Both the position numbers and the translations under genes were made by a program. The notes beneath the pieces were generated by a model, which had not been told where the DNA came from, ran no database searches, and saw nothing but the letters and a program-made list of their open reading frames with translations. A stretch of 63,869 bases of DNA, counting the filler, from Neolecta irregularis DAH-3 (lineage: Eukaryota): NCBI GenBank assembly GCA_001929475.1. It is 8 parts of 8 records of this genome, joined end to end, with 100 filler letters (N's around TTAATTAATTAA, not from the genome) between each part and the next. Parts side by side here need not be neighbours in the genome. Positions count along the whole stretch, not along the records: positions 1 to 21,983 come from LXFE01003083.1; 7 more parts are not named here. The stretch is one strand, 5' to 3'. This document shows positions 1 to 13,394 of this stretch, one piece after another (position 1 is the first letter of the stretch; every line of letters begins with the position of its first letter).

Positions 1-890
1 TTGAAGATCTGGGAATTGTTGTCCTTGTTCGTTCCCAGCTTATGATCTTCTATCAAGGGAGTTGATGTCTTTGGCTTTCATCTGCTTGTTGATATGAGGC
101 AAAACAAGGTACTATGGCTCAGGGCATTCATGATTGTAAACCTTCAGCCCTAATCGACAATTATAGTTTGAACGAGATACACTACTATCTAGAAATCATG
201 ACTAAATACAGAAAGAAGCTTCCATACTTTGGGCAACCATGACGAGTGGTGAGGAGGGGAATGCAAGTGTATGGAGAGCTTACGTCAACCCAGTCACAAG
301 ATCAGGATATAAATCGCTTGTACAAATATCTGTATCCTGGTTTTTGTTTTGTAATAAACCTTTTGGTGTCGCCCTGATTGAAAATTTTGCAAGTTTCAGT
401 TTCAGTTCCAGATTCATGTTTCTGGTCTGTCTGCGTCTACACCTGATCACTTAAGAGCATTCTACAAAGCCTCCTGATGAGAATTTTGCCGGAGAGAGAC
501 GGGTCATTCTTCCTGCAGCTATGGTTGGATTATTGATACAGACGGTCAAGTCTGAATAGGTTTGGACTGTTTTGGTATGCGACCCCTTCGATATTCTGTA
601 GTACATTTATCGTATTTTTCCATTCCTATAATATAATCTCGATGTATAAAATAATGTCTATGGCTAGAATCTTTACTTATTCAGTGTTGGTCTTCAATTA
701 ATGAAGCATCAGAAATCTACGACCTCCATCCTTCAAAACCTCCTTAAACGCAACATTCAAAATCCTTCCAAGCTAGCCCGGACCCGCATATCTCTAAGCA
801 GACACATCGAATCTCCAATTATCCGTCAAGTTCCGCCAGGTGGATACATCAAACGGCTGAGTTTGATCATTTGTTTCTTGCGGGGAAATT

Positions 891-3800
891 ATGTCGAACA
901 TGCAGATGCTTACAAAATTTGAATCAAAATCTTCTCGGGTTAAAGGCATTACTTCGTATCGACTCGAAAATGTACTAATCCATTTAGGGATTACCTTCCA
1001 CTCGAAGCGACCTTGGATTTTAACCTCTTTACACAATGGCATCATCCAACTCTGGAACTATACAATGGGTATAATACACCGTCCTTGTCTGTAATATGCC
1101 TAACATCCAAACCAGGGACTTTAATTGATCGGTTCGAAGAACATGACGGCCCAGTTAGAGGAATAGCTTTTCATCATAATCAGCCGTTATTCGTATCTGG
1201 CGGTGATGATTATAAAATTAGAGTGTGGAATCATAAAACCCGCAGATGTCTATTTGTCCTTAATGGGCACTTAGATTATGTTCGGACTGTCGTCTTCCAT
1301 CATGAATACCCGTGGATTTTATCTTGCTCAGATGATCAAACTATTCGTATTTGGAATTGGCAGAGTCGGAATTGCATTGGCATGTCATTTTCTTTCAACC
1401 GACTAATTGGATAGCTGTCATTACCGGGCATAATCATTATGTTATGTGCGCTCAATTTCACCCAAAGGAAGACTTGATCGTTTCGGCCTCACTGGATCAA
1501 TCTGTTCGTGTCTGGGATATGTCAGGGCTCCGAAAAAAGAATGCTGTCGCTGGATCAACTTCTTTCGAAGACCAAACAGCTCGACAGAATCCGCAAGCTG
1601 ATATGTTTGGGCAGACCGATGTCGTTGTTAAGTACGTTCTCGAAGGGCATGATCGAGGTGTCAACTGGGTTTCTTTCCATCCGACAATGCCGTTGATAAT
1701 ATCTGCTGGCGACGACCGGTTGGTCAAGCTATGGAGAATGAGTGGTATATTGCGCCTGCTTGATCTCTGTTGATACTTTCCATAGAAACAAAAGCCTGGG
1801 AAGTTGACACTTGCCGAGGTCACTTTAATAATGCATCTGCCGCAATCTTTCATCCACATCAAGACCTCGTTCTTTCTGTCGGCGAAGACAAAACCATCCG
1901 CGTTTGGGATGTCAACAAGAGAACCGCCGTACAGACATTTCGTCGAGAAAATGATCGATTTTGGGTTATCGCTGCTCATCCTGAAATTAATCTTTTCGCT
2001 GCTGGTACGAATGTTCTCACCTGCAGATATCTAAGGATTAGGTCACGATAACGGTGTAATGGTTTTTAAGCTTGAAAGGGAGAGGCCTGCTCACGCCATT
2101 CATAACAACATGTTGTTCTATATGGATCGTGAAAAATGCATCAGGACATATGACTTTACAACTGGAGAGGAAAGTGCAAAGATAATTTCTCTTAGAAAAT
2201 CTAGTCAACAATGGATTTCACCTCGGACAATGTCATATAATCCTGCGGAACGTTCAGTTTTGATTACCAGTGTAGCATTTCTGTTATATTCGTCGTATTG
2301 ATGGCAACAGGCATCTGACAACGGCTCTTACGAGTTAATTACTCTTCCACGCGAGAGTGGCCCTCAAGACGCGTTCGAATCAAAAGGGGGATCCGGGTCA
2401 AGTGCAATTTTCGTCGCGAGAAATCGATTTGCTGTACTAGACAAAGGTCGGAACATCATCGATATCAAGGATCTCAGCAACAGCGTTACAAAGACAATCC
2501 AACCACCAGGCCAAATCAATGATATCTTTTATGGTGGTTCAGGACTTCTGCTATTATGTTCTTCATCAAGTGTCGTCCGCTATGATATTCAACAAAAACT
2601 CTCTCTTTCAGAGATCACAGCCTCTTCCATCAAATATGCCATCTGGTCAGCCAACGGGTCTCACGTTGCGTTGCTTGGAAAACATACTGTTCTAATTGCC
2701 ACGAAGAACCTGGAGCAGATCTGTTCAATTCATGAGACCCTTCGAGTTAAAAGTGCCATGTGGGATGATAGCGGGGTACTACTGTATTCCACTTTGAATC
2801 ACATCAAATATACTCTTCCCTCGGGGTACACTTTCTTGTTTAGTTGATTGCTGATTCTAGGGATAATGGAGTAATCAAAACCCTTGAACAACCAGTCTAC
2901 CTCCTTCGAACAAAGGGAAACCAAGTAATTGCATTAGATCGTTCTGCAAAAATTAGGACGATCCTGATCGATCCCACCGAATATAGATTCAAACTGGCTC
3001 TTGCCAAACGAAACTTTGATGAAGTTCTTCATATAATCAAAACTTCAAATCTAGTTGGACAAAGCATCATTGCATATCTCCAGAAAAAAGGGTTTTCGGA
3101 AATTGCGCTCCGGTTTGTTGAAGATCCACAGACAAGATTTGAACTTGCTATAGAATGTGGGGATAGTAAAATTGCTAGCGAAATGGCAAAGGAAATTGAT
3201 AGGCCGGATGTATGGAAGAAGTTGGCCCAGGAGGCTCTGTCTCAGGGAAATCATCAGATTGTCGAAACATGTTTCCAAAGGATGAAAACTTTTGAGAAAC
3301 TGAGTTTTCTGTACCTTATAACTGGAGATCTAGACAAACTCGGTCGAATGGCCAAAATTGCCGAACATCGAGGCGATCATTTGGGTTTGTTTCATAATTC
3401 GCTTTATCTTGGAGATGTTCAAACGCGAATTCGTATGATGAAGGAAGCTGACTTGTGTATGTGCTTTTCTCGGGAATTATAACTCATCGGCCTAGATCCA
3501 CTCGCATATCTTACGGCAAAGACATATGAACTGAATGATGAAGCCGCTGAAATCCTCGAAGTGTGCGGAATTTCGGAAGATCAAATCAAGATGCTTCCGG
3601 CAGGAGAATCGCTCAATCCAATTGCCCCCGTCTGCGAAACCTTCAAAGCAAACTGGGTGATTGCCTCAGCCCAGTCAATCTTCGACCCCGCATTAGCCGA
3701 TAAAGTTGCAAATCTCATCGTTGGAGATGAGGGAAGTGAATCTAACGGAGAGTTCTTGGATGCTCCAAATGTCGAAGAAGCAGATGGTTGGGACGTTGTA

Positions 3801-4893
3801 GGTGATGATTTAGAAGTTGAGCATAAAGGAGAGAGTAACGATGACGATGTTGCGGGTTCTAGTGAGGCTGATCTCTGGGTCCGCAATTCGCCCTTGGCTG
3901 TCGATCATGTTGCTGCTGGTTCATTTGAATCGGCTATGCAGGTATAATATTCCAGGGTCATCACTAATGGTCTAGCTCCTTAACCGGCAAGTCGGGGTGG
4001 TCAATTTCGTTCCTCTCAAACCTTACTTCTTGAATGTCTACCAGGCCTCACGAACTTATCTTCCGGCGAATGCAGGCCTTGAACCCCTTCCGAATTTTCT
4101 TCGGCGTAATAAAGAGGAGACTGATCTACGCAAGGTTTTGCCGGTTGCCGTCAGGGATATTGAATCAGTTACCCAGAAAGAACTTCAAAATGCTTATAAG
4201 GCTGTCAAGTCGAATAAACTCGAAGAGGCGGTTGCTTTGTTTGTGGACATTCTTCATATCCTCCTCTTAACTCCTGCCTCCACTAAGAGTGAGGAAAAGG
4301 AGGTATGCTTTTTCGATAGCTCATTTCCCACTAAAGAATAGATCAAACAACTCATCAAGACATCTTCACACTACATCGTTGGTTTATCTCTAGAAGTCGA
4401 ACGAAGAGGGCTTGCCGCCGATGAAAGCCAAGTTAAACGAAATCTTGAATTGGCAGCATACTTTGCTTCAGTAGACCTTCAGACCGATCATCGTAAGCTT
4501 GCTTTGTTGTCTGCGATGAAGGAATTCAATGATCGAAAGAATTTGGTTACCGCAGGATTCTTTGCTGAGAAACTTGTTGGCATGAAAGTCACTGGAAAAC
4601 CCGCTGAAAGGGTTTGATATGTCTTTTACATTACAATTGATTATCAGGCTAAAAAGATTATGCAGAATGCTGAAAGAGCTGCCAAGGATCCTATCGCAAT
4701 TGATTTCGATCAGTTTGTGCCTTTTGAGGTCTGTGCAGCTAGTCATACGCCAATATACCAAGGCGCTGAGTCGGTGAAGTGCAAGTATTGTCATGCTTCA
4801 TACCTCGAACACTATAAGGAGACAGTCTGCGTGGTGTGTAAAGTTGCACAAATTGGTATGAATGCTACTGGGTTCATTTGTTTGCACAAGTAA
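891..4893 (+). CDS. COP1: Coatomer subunit alpha (COPI), 12 exons
   Basis: [23 protein letters not shown]-terminus, WD40 repeats ([19 protein letters not shown]), TEYRFKLAL and C-terminal [14 protein letters not shown]. Eleven short introns traced; two use GC donors (946-987, 1380-1414). Confidence 0.97.
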
Positions 4894-5046
4894 ACTGTTT
4901 GAACAATAAATAATATTGATCAAATGAGACAGTTTTTGTCTGAGTATCATTGTGACTTCACGTCCTACAAAATATTTTGGCCGAGAGTGACAATCCAAAC
5001 GAACCGAATTCTTTCCAATCATCAAACTGTCCTGGCGAGTCTACGA

Positions 5047-7000
5047 TGAGCGAAATGCAACTCTTGGTTGATCTTGCTTAATCTTCGCAGAGTATAATGT
5101 GGTCCTTTTTCAAAATACGACCAAAGGCAGATTCCTAAATACAGCCCACATTTTTCATTCCACCCTCCATTGTTGTGGTTCAGTCAGAGTACAAATTCCA
5201 AGGACGAGGCATCGTAAACATTCTAGAGGAAGGGCTTGAGACCAATGTTGGGACCCTACTTGAGAGCGGTAGCATCCCGGTTCAGTAAATCCTATGGAAG
5301 GCTTTTCAGAGTCTCTCATCATTTTGCAAATTCATATACTTTCGAATAAGCACGAGTTGATTCACTCGTAATACTGCTACTAAAAGAGATCAATATCGAT
5401 CCTGGTTCGCAGAAACCAAACGAATCTTCAAGTTAAACGGGATCTTTGAGAATGTTCGATTCCCTAAATTTGTGTTTCACCATAAACCAATGCTTGAGAA
5501 ATGCGAGTAATAGTTTGAAACGTAACTCTTTCATGAGATGGGATAAATTTTATAACGGGAACTCGCAGAAAACGATGAAACCATTTTACAGGCTTCCTGA
5601 AGGATTGCAACTTTGAATTATACAGTGACAAGCTTGACCACGATTAGCACATTCTATCAAACGAAAAACTAAGAATTTTCATCTCTTGGAGTTTAAACGT
5701 TGGGTATCATTAAGTTTTCTGTCTTCTTATCTCGTGCCATAGGCATTAAACTTTGAAGATTGTACTTCGTCTCAACAGATGTCCACCGAATTCGTCTGAT
5801 ATGACTTTCCAAATGCCTCGTTAGCTTCTCAAGTTGTTCTTAGCTTACTTCACCGAATGCATAGCTCGAGAATGCTCTTGCTTTAAAAATAGCAAAACGA
5901 TGAGCCAAGACACCAAATCATTATTTCACCCTACTCCGTTTCAGAAATCCTTTCTGGTTCGATGTTTCAGAATCTATTGCTATTATCTCTTCGATATTGG
6001 CGAGTTATTTCATCTCGTGAAGTCGAAATCGCGAAGAGATTCTACTTAGCCTACTTGACCCATAGTTCGAAGTCTTGCTACATAAAAATAATATTTGAAG
6101 ATAGTTCAATTGGGATCCTTTATAGGCCAGATTTAAGAGCTAGGTCTGTGCAAATAATTAGCCTCCTGTTAAATGTTAGACGTTTGACACACCTGTTTCA
6201 ACCCAGCTTGAAGATCAACGTTCCTTACCCTCCTTCAAATACTATTTACAAATTCGCTCATCAGCTTCGCTATATTATTCTCATCAGTGTCATCTAATTG
6301 ACTCTACTTTCATTTACGAGCAGAGCAAAATGCGATTCCAGCCTCTAGCAATCATGGTGACGTCTGCAATAACGGGTACGGATTTCTTCCATGTCCTTGA
6401 ATCTTGATGTTTAGTATCATCTTCACCATTGCCAACTGCTACTCCTTCAAGGTTGTCCTTCGACATAAATGTGCCTGTTAGGATTCTCTCTTCGGAGGGA
6501 GGAATCTTAACAGGAGCCTCTATCAAGCAAGTTGATCAGAAAAACGGCCTAAGGCAACTTGTTTTCAGTGCGCCCGACAATAAGATACACTCGCCTGGTG
6601 CGTTCTCAATCTTTTGAATTTATTGTAAAGCTCATTTCAGGTTTGGACGAGAACGTTTATTCCCGGGGTCCTTCTCTTGTCGATGACCTTTTATCATTTC
6701 TATCAAGTCTCACTAATTCGCTTACGGATATTCTTGAAGAACTTACTGAATCACGCGAAGATATGAGATCTGATATCGAGCGACTTGCTCAAGGTGCTTC
6801 GTCAGAAGTACTTTCCGGGCGTCTTGACGAAGCGATCGCCGCTCTAATGTACACACTTTCTCGCATGGGTACCTTCTAATTGATCAAAGACAACGATTGG
6901 ACCCTGGCATTTTCAGTCCATTGGCTCAACATGAAGAGCACCCATTGCAACTTTTGTCCTGGCAGGCAAACCGATAACGCATGTTCATCATTGAGATGAT
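5047..7000 (+). CDS. Probable intron-rich hypothetical gene; boundaries uncertain
   Basis: Series of + strand coding-like segments (LPTATPSRLSFDINVPVRIL..., ENVYSRGPSLVDDLLSFLSSL...DIERLAQ) separated by short GT..AG segments. No family recognised and no complete model could be built. Confidence 0.35.
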
Positions 7001-7211
7001 TTCATAGAATTACCAAAGAGATAGAGAGGAATAAAAACTACATTTCTCCAGTTTTTGCATTTTTTTAAACAGCTTAAATAATTAAAGTTTTTCATCTTGA
7101 TTTAATAATGTTAGCGTTATTTGGCCGGCTAAACGTCCAATGTTTCATTCCCAACTTTTAAACCGAGTCACTCAACGTCGCTAATTTCTACTTGAATCAA
7201 TTCAGCACCAG

Positions 7212-7815
7212 ATGGCTGACACATCTCTATTCGACAAATCAATTCTCCCTGAAATTGAATTGCCTGAAGGCTATACTCTCCGACCACTATCATCAGGGGA
7301 TTATCAACGTGGAGCGGTAGAAGTTCTGAAAGTTTTAACAACAGTGGGAGATTTTACGGAAGAGCTTTATAGAGGTTTAGCAACAATCATTGAATCCTAG
7401 TTTAGCGACTAGAACGCTTTGACTATTGGTTTAAACACAATGATACATATTACACAATCGTCGTCCTGAATGCCAACGATAAAGTGGTCGGAATCGGAAC
7501 CTTGATGATAGAAAGGAAACTGTTTGCTTTGGCTTTTACTCAGCTTACACATCAGTATTCATCAAGCTGGTCTTACAGGTCACATAGAGGATATCGTTAT
7601 TGCTGAATCGGAACAAGGCAAGAAATTAGGGTTGAAGATAATCAACTCTTTAAGCGCTATTTCAAAGGCGGTAGGATGTTACAAGGTTACGCTCGTCTGC
7701 TCAGATCATAATGTCGAGTTCTATAAGAAATGTGGGTTCAAGAAAGGAACGAATGAGATGGTCAGTGTATCCAAGGCAGACGGTTTACCTTTAGACATAT
7801 TACTTCAAAGAGTAA
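7212..7815 (+). CDS. GNA1: Glucosamine-6-phosphate N-acetyltransferase (GNAT), 4 exons
   Basis: LPEGYTLRPL..DY..G.VEVLKVLTTVG, GHIEDIVI...QGKKLG, GCYKVTLVCSDHNVEFYKKCGF. Spliced end TYYFKE*. Confidence 0.95.
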
Positions 7816-8445
7816 CACATGAAGTGATTTGCTGATTTTCGGGATTGGAGGACATTTCGGGCCTGTCTCTTCTACAGCCTTCTTACTTTGAATCTTTAAG
7901 AATTCCTTGACAAGAGATATTTTATTTAGAGTGCGTTTTGCCGCTACATTTTTAGCTCGATTTAGCCGAAATAATTCGGATTTGACACGCGCGTCTTGTA
8001 ACCACAAAATAGTCTCACCTTTTTATGTTGTAAAGAGCTCAGTGATAAGGAATTGCGATTTTGTAAAATTTGGGGAGGGACTGCAGTTGGAATTATGCAA
8101 AACACGTTTCAAATTTCACGTTTTCGGATTTCATGAATTGTCTGAATGGTGCTGCAAAACGCACCGTTAAACCAGTTCTTTTTTTCAGGCTTTCAATTTA
8201 CGACTCTCTTTTAGTGAGATATGCCGATTTTGACTGGAATTTCCGTTGGAATGAAGGTTGTACTGCACATCATCGGGTTCACTGGTAGTGGAACCAGGGA
8301 GTAGCACATTCTCATACTCGTCACTTACATTGTGAATTTGAATTGTGGTAGGGCACCCCGGACTCCGGATTGCCTGCAGTATCAAAATGTCTATATAAGC
8401 GCTCTCGTATGTGCGCTCTTTTCTCCATCTATATTCATCTTCATC

Positions 8446-8841
8446 ATGATGTTTTCTTCAGACTCTTTTCATGAACAAGGCTCCTATTCCTCCAGCGAAA
8501 GTCCAAGTCAAACATTGCACAGAGCACAAATGCCCCGCGGCCTCTATAACACATCCAACATGAAAATTTACCTTGTCATCGGTAAAAGTCCTCTTCATTC
8601 TCATCATGCAATGGCTCGTCCGGCAAACGCATGCCACATTTACGCCTCATCTCCAATTACGGGGAGAACATCTTCGACAAACACACCAAAAGTCGCAACC
8701 AGTGAATGCTATTCGGACACTATGAATGAGCGAGATCTCAAATGCCGAATTACAGTAGAGACATGGCTTAACGACATGGCAATCGCAAAAATGGAACAAG
8801 ATTATCATGAAAGGACAGGAAAATACATGTACAATCCATAG
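8446..8841 (+). CDS. Small intronless orphan ORF (131 aa)
   Basis: ATG at 8446 preceded by TATATAAG near 8392. Ser-rich; no recognisable domain. Confidence 0.4.
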   Translation: MMFSSDSFHEQGSYSSSESPSQTLHRAQMPRGLYNTSNMKIYLVIGKSPLHSHHAMARPANACHIYASSPITGRTSSTNTPKVATSECYSDTMNERDLKCRITVETWLNDMAIAKMEQDYHERTGKYMYNP

Positions 8842-9407
8842 ATATTCCATTCATGGGTCTGTTGTTTTTACGGGAAGGAATGTATTCAAGGCTGGGATGG
8901 CATTTGATCTCTTTTAATGTACTTCTTTTCACGTGGCGATGTATGTAAATATATCAATGTATTTTCTTTCAAATTTACAACACTAGAGAATAACCTGTGA
9001 GCCGACTCAAGCTTCCGTATATGGTTATAATTGTTTCTCCAAGGGTGCCGTTGGGTTTTCCAATTAATGTTCGAACTCTTAAGCTTGCCATTGGGGGTAT
9101 AGATCTGAAATGTGATGACAACTGCCAATGAAAGTACGATTATACTTTTACAAACGTTTACTAGATTAGATCCTCATAAACAGGAATTTTAGAGGTAGAT
9201 TTAGGGTTTGATTTTGATACGCGTGGGAGGATGAGATTGTAACCGATGTATTTTTACAAACGGAAATACAAAGAGAGCAAAGTGAATGAAAACTCGGGAA
9301 ATTTCAATGAAGCTGACAGAGTCACAGCGCTCGAGAAGCAGAATATTCTGTACCAATATACATCCAAAGCCGAGATCATATAATCTCCGCTGCTATTAGG
9401 CAGTTTT

Positions 9408-11284
9408 TTAGGGCATTCGAACTCGAGGCTTGGACTTGATCATCAATATGGGCTTAGCAGCTGCGAAGTAATCTTGAGTGATATAGGGAACATCCGGTTC
9501 GACAAGCTGGCAATCCAATTCAAGAACCCACTGAGCAAGTGTCATTCGCATTTCCATGTATGCGAGACTAAAGGTCAATCAAAATATCCTTTAGACATTC
9601 TCACTTTACGCCAATGCACATTCGAGGGCCTTGGGAAAATGGCAGCCTATACATCAGTACTATCGAGGTTGGAATTAGGGAAGGTGTACACCGCAGTTTT
9701 TCCGAGAGTCTGATCTCGTTCGAATAAAGGATCAATCCAACGCTCTGGAATGAATTCATTTGGAGCAGTAAAATATCTTTCATCTCGACTCATAGCCCAA
9801 TTCGATGCGGAGAGATCTATGCCTGCAGGGAACATGCGACCGGCGATCATGGTTGGGTTCAATGTCTTTCTCGCGAGATCACCAGGTATAGGCAGACAAA
9901 TACGCAATCCTTCTTCAATTACTGCAGAAACGTATTTCAGATGTGATGCCTGGGACGCGGTGATATCTTCCTTTGAAGAAAAGGCGGACGACACTTCTTC
10001 ATAAAGTTTTCGGTAAACTCGAGGTGTCTTGAGAATGTAGTACATTGTCGACGTTAAAAATCCTTTTCGAGTTAGTAACAATTAAAGGTCTTCAGATTTG
10101 ATATGTACCGGAAATACTATCTCCACCAGCAACACTATGAGATCAGCATGTTTGGAGAAGCGAGAAGGCCCACAGAAATACATGACCAATTGTATTTAAC
10201 CGAGACTCTCGATCCGCGTCAGTTTCCTCAACATTGGCCAGTTTTTCCATGTACGTGAAAAGATCTTTTCGACCGCTAGGATTTCCTATTCTTTTCTTCA
10301 ACTTCTTTAGCGTTTCCTTGTTAATCAGTCCATTACTTGCGCATGCAAACTTACATTAGTCAGATCATCTCTACCCTTCAGAAGAGCTTTTGGCATTATA
10401 TATGGAGCAAATTTGACGAGGGAAGGAGGAATTGCCATGCCCTAAGATTGTAAGTACTTTTTAAATTGGGCTATAGATACCACTGCAATCCCCTTGACGG
10501 CCCACTCAATGATTTTTAGCAAAGGTAATGCCTCCCCCTTTTCAACCATACCAAAGGTCTCACCGTATGAGAGATCACTAAGGATATCAAAGGTCAGCAT
10601 ACTACACCATGCTGTCATATTCTATGAGTGGATTAAAACAGAAGCTTCGGGTACAAACCAATGGAATGGTCCCGTCTTTTCCGTAGATTTTAATATTGTC
10701 TGTAAATCTATCGATACTTGACTTGATATATTGCTCCATCCCTTCAAGTGCTCGGGTGGAGAAGGCAGGAGATACGTGTTTTCTCATTTGGGAATGTTTG
10801 ACTGGGTCCTGCTCATCTACAAGACTAGACATTTCTGGTTCGAGTCGAGCGGCGATATATCCATCTGATTTGACTACCTGCGAGCCGAAAGAATGAAGGT
10901 CTCGCAATTAGTAAAGGCAACGCTTGCATGCAACTACCTCTTTGCGCCGAGACATGTCGGATAATAACAGCATTAGGAGCGATTCGAACGAAATCACCTA
11001 GTACTAGCCCCGGCTTGGAAGGCAGTAAATACCATGCTTTTCGTGAAGAGCGGCAAAGATTACATGTCTGTTTCCCGATGCTACGACGAAAACGTTCCAA
11101 AACGGCGTGAGCTTTGCCAGGAAAGGGCCGGGATATTTCGCAAGCGGATGGAAATAAACGAGATATATGATGCGAGAGCAAGCAGCCTGGCGAGAGTGTC
11201 AGAACTACACAGAAGACCACGACAAACCCAAAACAACGAGCAGAGTAGAGTCCAAGTCAGCGACATATTGACAACAGCAAACAT
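9408..11284 (-). CDS. Cytochrome P450 (copy 1), 11 exons, apparently intact
   Basis: N-terminal membrane anchor, HPLAKYPGP, I-helix AGGDS on a 26-nt exon, EGLR (ExxR), FIPERW, heme motif FSQGPRMCIG. Confidence 0.93.
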
Positions 11285-12027
11285 CCTTTGCAACTATCCT
11301 GCTCTCGAGAAGGGAACATCTCGCTGTTATAGTGCAATGCTCTCGAAAGCGCGACGGATTCCGGACGGACTTACGCCTGTTTCTGGTTTATGATTCTCCA
11401 GTCGAGGGACTGCGTGGGAAAACCGCATAGAAGCGGCCCAGTCGCAATCATACGCCAGTCTGGCTAGCGACGAGATTGTAAACTGATATCGTTCTGCTCG
11501 CACGATTGTCGCGGATCACGTGACATGGTGTTCCGATGATTCAGTTTTGGTTGTTTAGTGAATTCGGGATTGCGCCTATATAAATTGTTAGGGGGAGCCT
11601 GTAAAAGCACGGACGGAGAGCAGAACATTTCAAACATGATCGCTCTTCCAGATGATCAACATCCCATCTGTCCACCTGGGTACTAGTTTTCTAGCCAATG
11701 GTTATTTCCAACGAGTCACCTTTAACCCTCGGTTTCATGAACGAGCAGGTTCAACCCGGTACTATCGTTTCTGAAGCTTTTAAATAAAGGCAGACGATTC
11801 CCGAAAATGTATAGGACCGGAAGGACAAACATCGCAAATCAAGTCAAAGTCAAAGTTATAGAAAGCCAAGTCGTGGTATTCAAGATCACTCATAATACCA
11901 ACAGAAACGAGCACAGATGCAAGGCCCCTCCTACCCTCAAACACGATTCTTAAGACTATGTGCTGCAAGCAAGAACTATACAACTAAAAAGGCAAAAAAG
12001 AAGTCAAGACAAATCTATTGAAGTCGA

Positions 12028-12089
12028 TGATATCAAGATTGAAGGGGCTTGATTGTGTTGATATCAAGATTGAAGGGGCTTGATTGTGT
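12028..12089. repeat. 31-bp perfect tandem duplication spanning the stop codon of the adjacent secreted-protein gene
   Basis: TGATATCAAGATTGAAGGGGCTTGATTGTGT occurs twice in tandem. Confidence 0.9.
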
Positions 12090-13394
12090 CGAAGCACTGA
12101 CGAAGCTGGATTTGGCAGTCTGCTGGTTTGCTCTTTGTCTGTGGTTGGATAATGCCGCATTTTTTGTTCTGCTCGTTGCAAGCTTGCACACAAGCAGTAT
12201 ACTACAAAGTCAGCCAAAGCAACAACTATCAACATACAAGGCTGGAGAACTGATTCTTGACGGAATCAACTGAAAAGGTCTTTCCATCAGCCGTGGCCGT
12301 GACTTGGGGAAGATCGCCTCCCTTGTTTCCAAACTTCGACCCGCATATTTTGCTAAATGATCAGTCGCGCTGCTCATTACTGTTCATACGGTGCTCCAAT
12401 AGGATTTACAGGAGTAGAATGGGGTGGCGAAACAGGAACTCCAGGAGTAGGATGGGGCGGCAGAACAGGAACTACCGGGGCGCCAGGGGTTGCTAGCCCA
12501 GTGACATTGAGCCACTTACAGTCATCAACAGAACCGCGCTGAGCTATTGGTAAAACAAGAGCCTGATGAGACTCCGAAGCCGCTATGGTACAAAATCGAT
12601 AAGTTCCTGCAGGAAGCCCACCAGCAACAAGGATAGACGTTTCCCCATTCTTGTCAGCTGCATTATTCGAGCCTTTGAAGAACGCAAAATTGCGCATATC
12701 GGGACTGGAAAGTCAACTAGCCATCTTTGAACGACATACAAAATACCCTCCTCTATTTCTTGGCCTACCAGATGGAAATGACCATTAGGGTTAAGAGTAA
12801 TTGGATCAACCACTTGTGGCTTGGAATAGTATTCAGTCTGTGTATTCGAAAAAAAACCAGTGTTGAGATGAACACACTTTACCACAACGTTGAACTCCGT
12901 CTTTTCTGAGATCACCTGGTTGTTTCTAGGCGAGAGAATTAAACAAGAGGGCTGGTGGTCAGAGGCCGGCCTAGGAAGCCGATTACCATATGATCGATAT
13001 CAGGAATCATTCCCATGACTACGGTGTTACACGAGCCTGTTTTAATTTGGTGTCCATTCGTAAGAGTTTGACCGTTGCAAATACTAGACGAATCGACTGG
13101 ATCTGAAGGGACTAGTTTTGAAGGTCCAGGTAAAGGTTTGGGGGCATCACTAGGTTTTGGAGGCTCAGGAATCCCCTTGACAAGATTGACAGGATCCGTA
13201 GGACTGGGTGGACTGGAAGTCGCTGTGCCCTTGTCTTTGCAATCCCGAACCTTTTTACTTGACGGGATGGGATTGGCGGCACGTTTTTCCAGAGCAAGTT
13301 GCCGCTTCATCTGGAGCGAGACGCTCGGCAGGTATGTTGAAGTGGATGAAAATACCATCAAGGCGAGAAAGACAAATACGGACTGGGGAAGCAT
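12064..13394 (-). CDS. Secreted Pro-rich/Cys-containing protein of a conserved fungal family of unknown function, 5 exons
   Basis: Signal peptide MLPQSVFVFLALMVFSS, KR sites, Pro-rich linker, conserved-looking core TNGHQIKTGSCN..MGMIP, GLPAGTYRFCTI...HQ....PIAQRGSVDDC. Two further introns extend it into a Cys-rich tail (TACVQACNEQNKKC...CQIQLRQC) ending at 12064. Confidence 0.8.
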
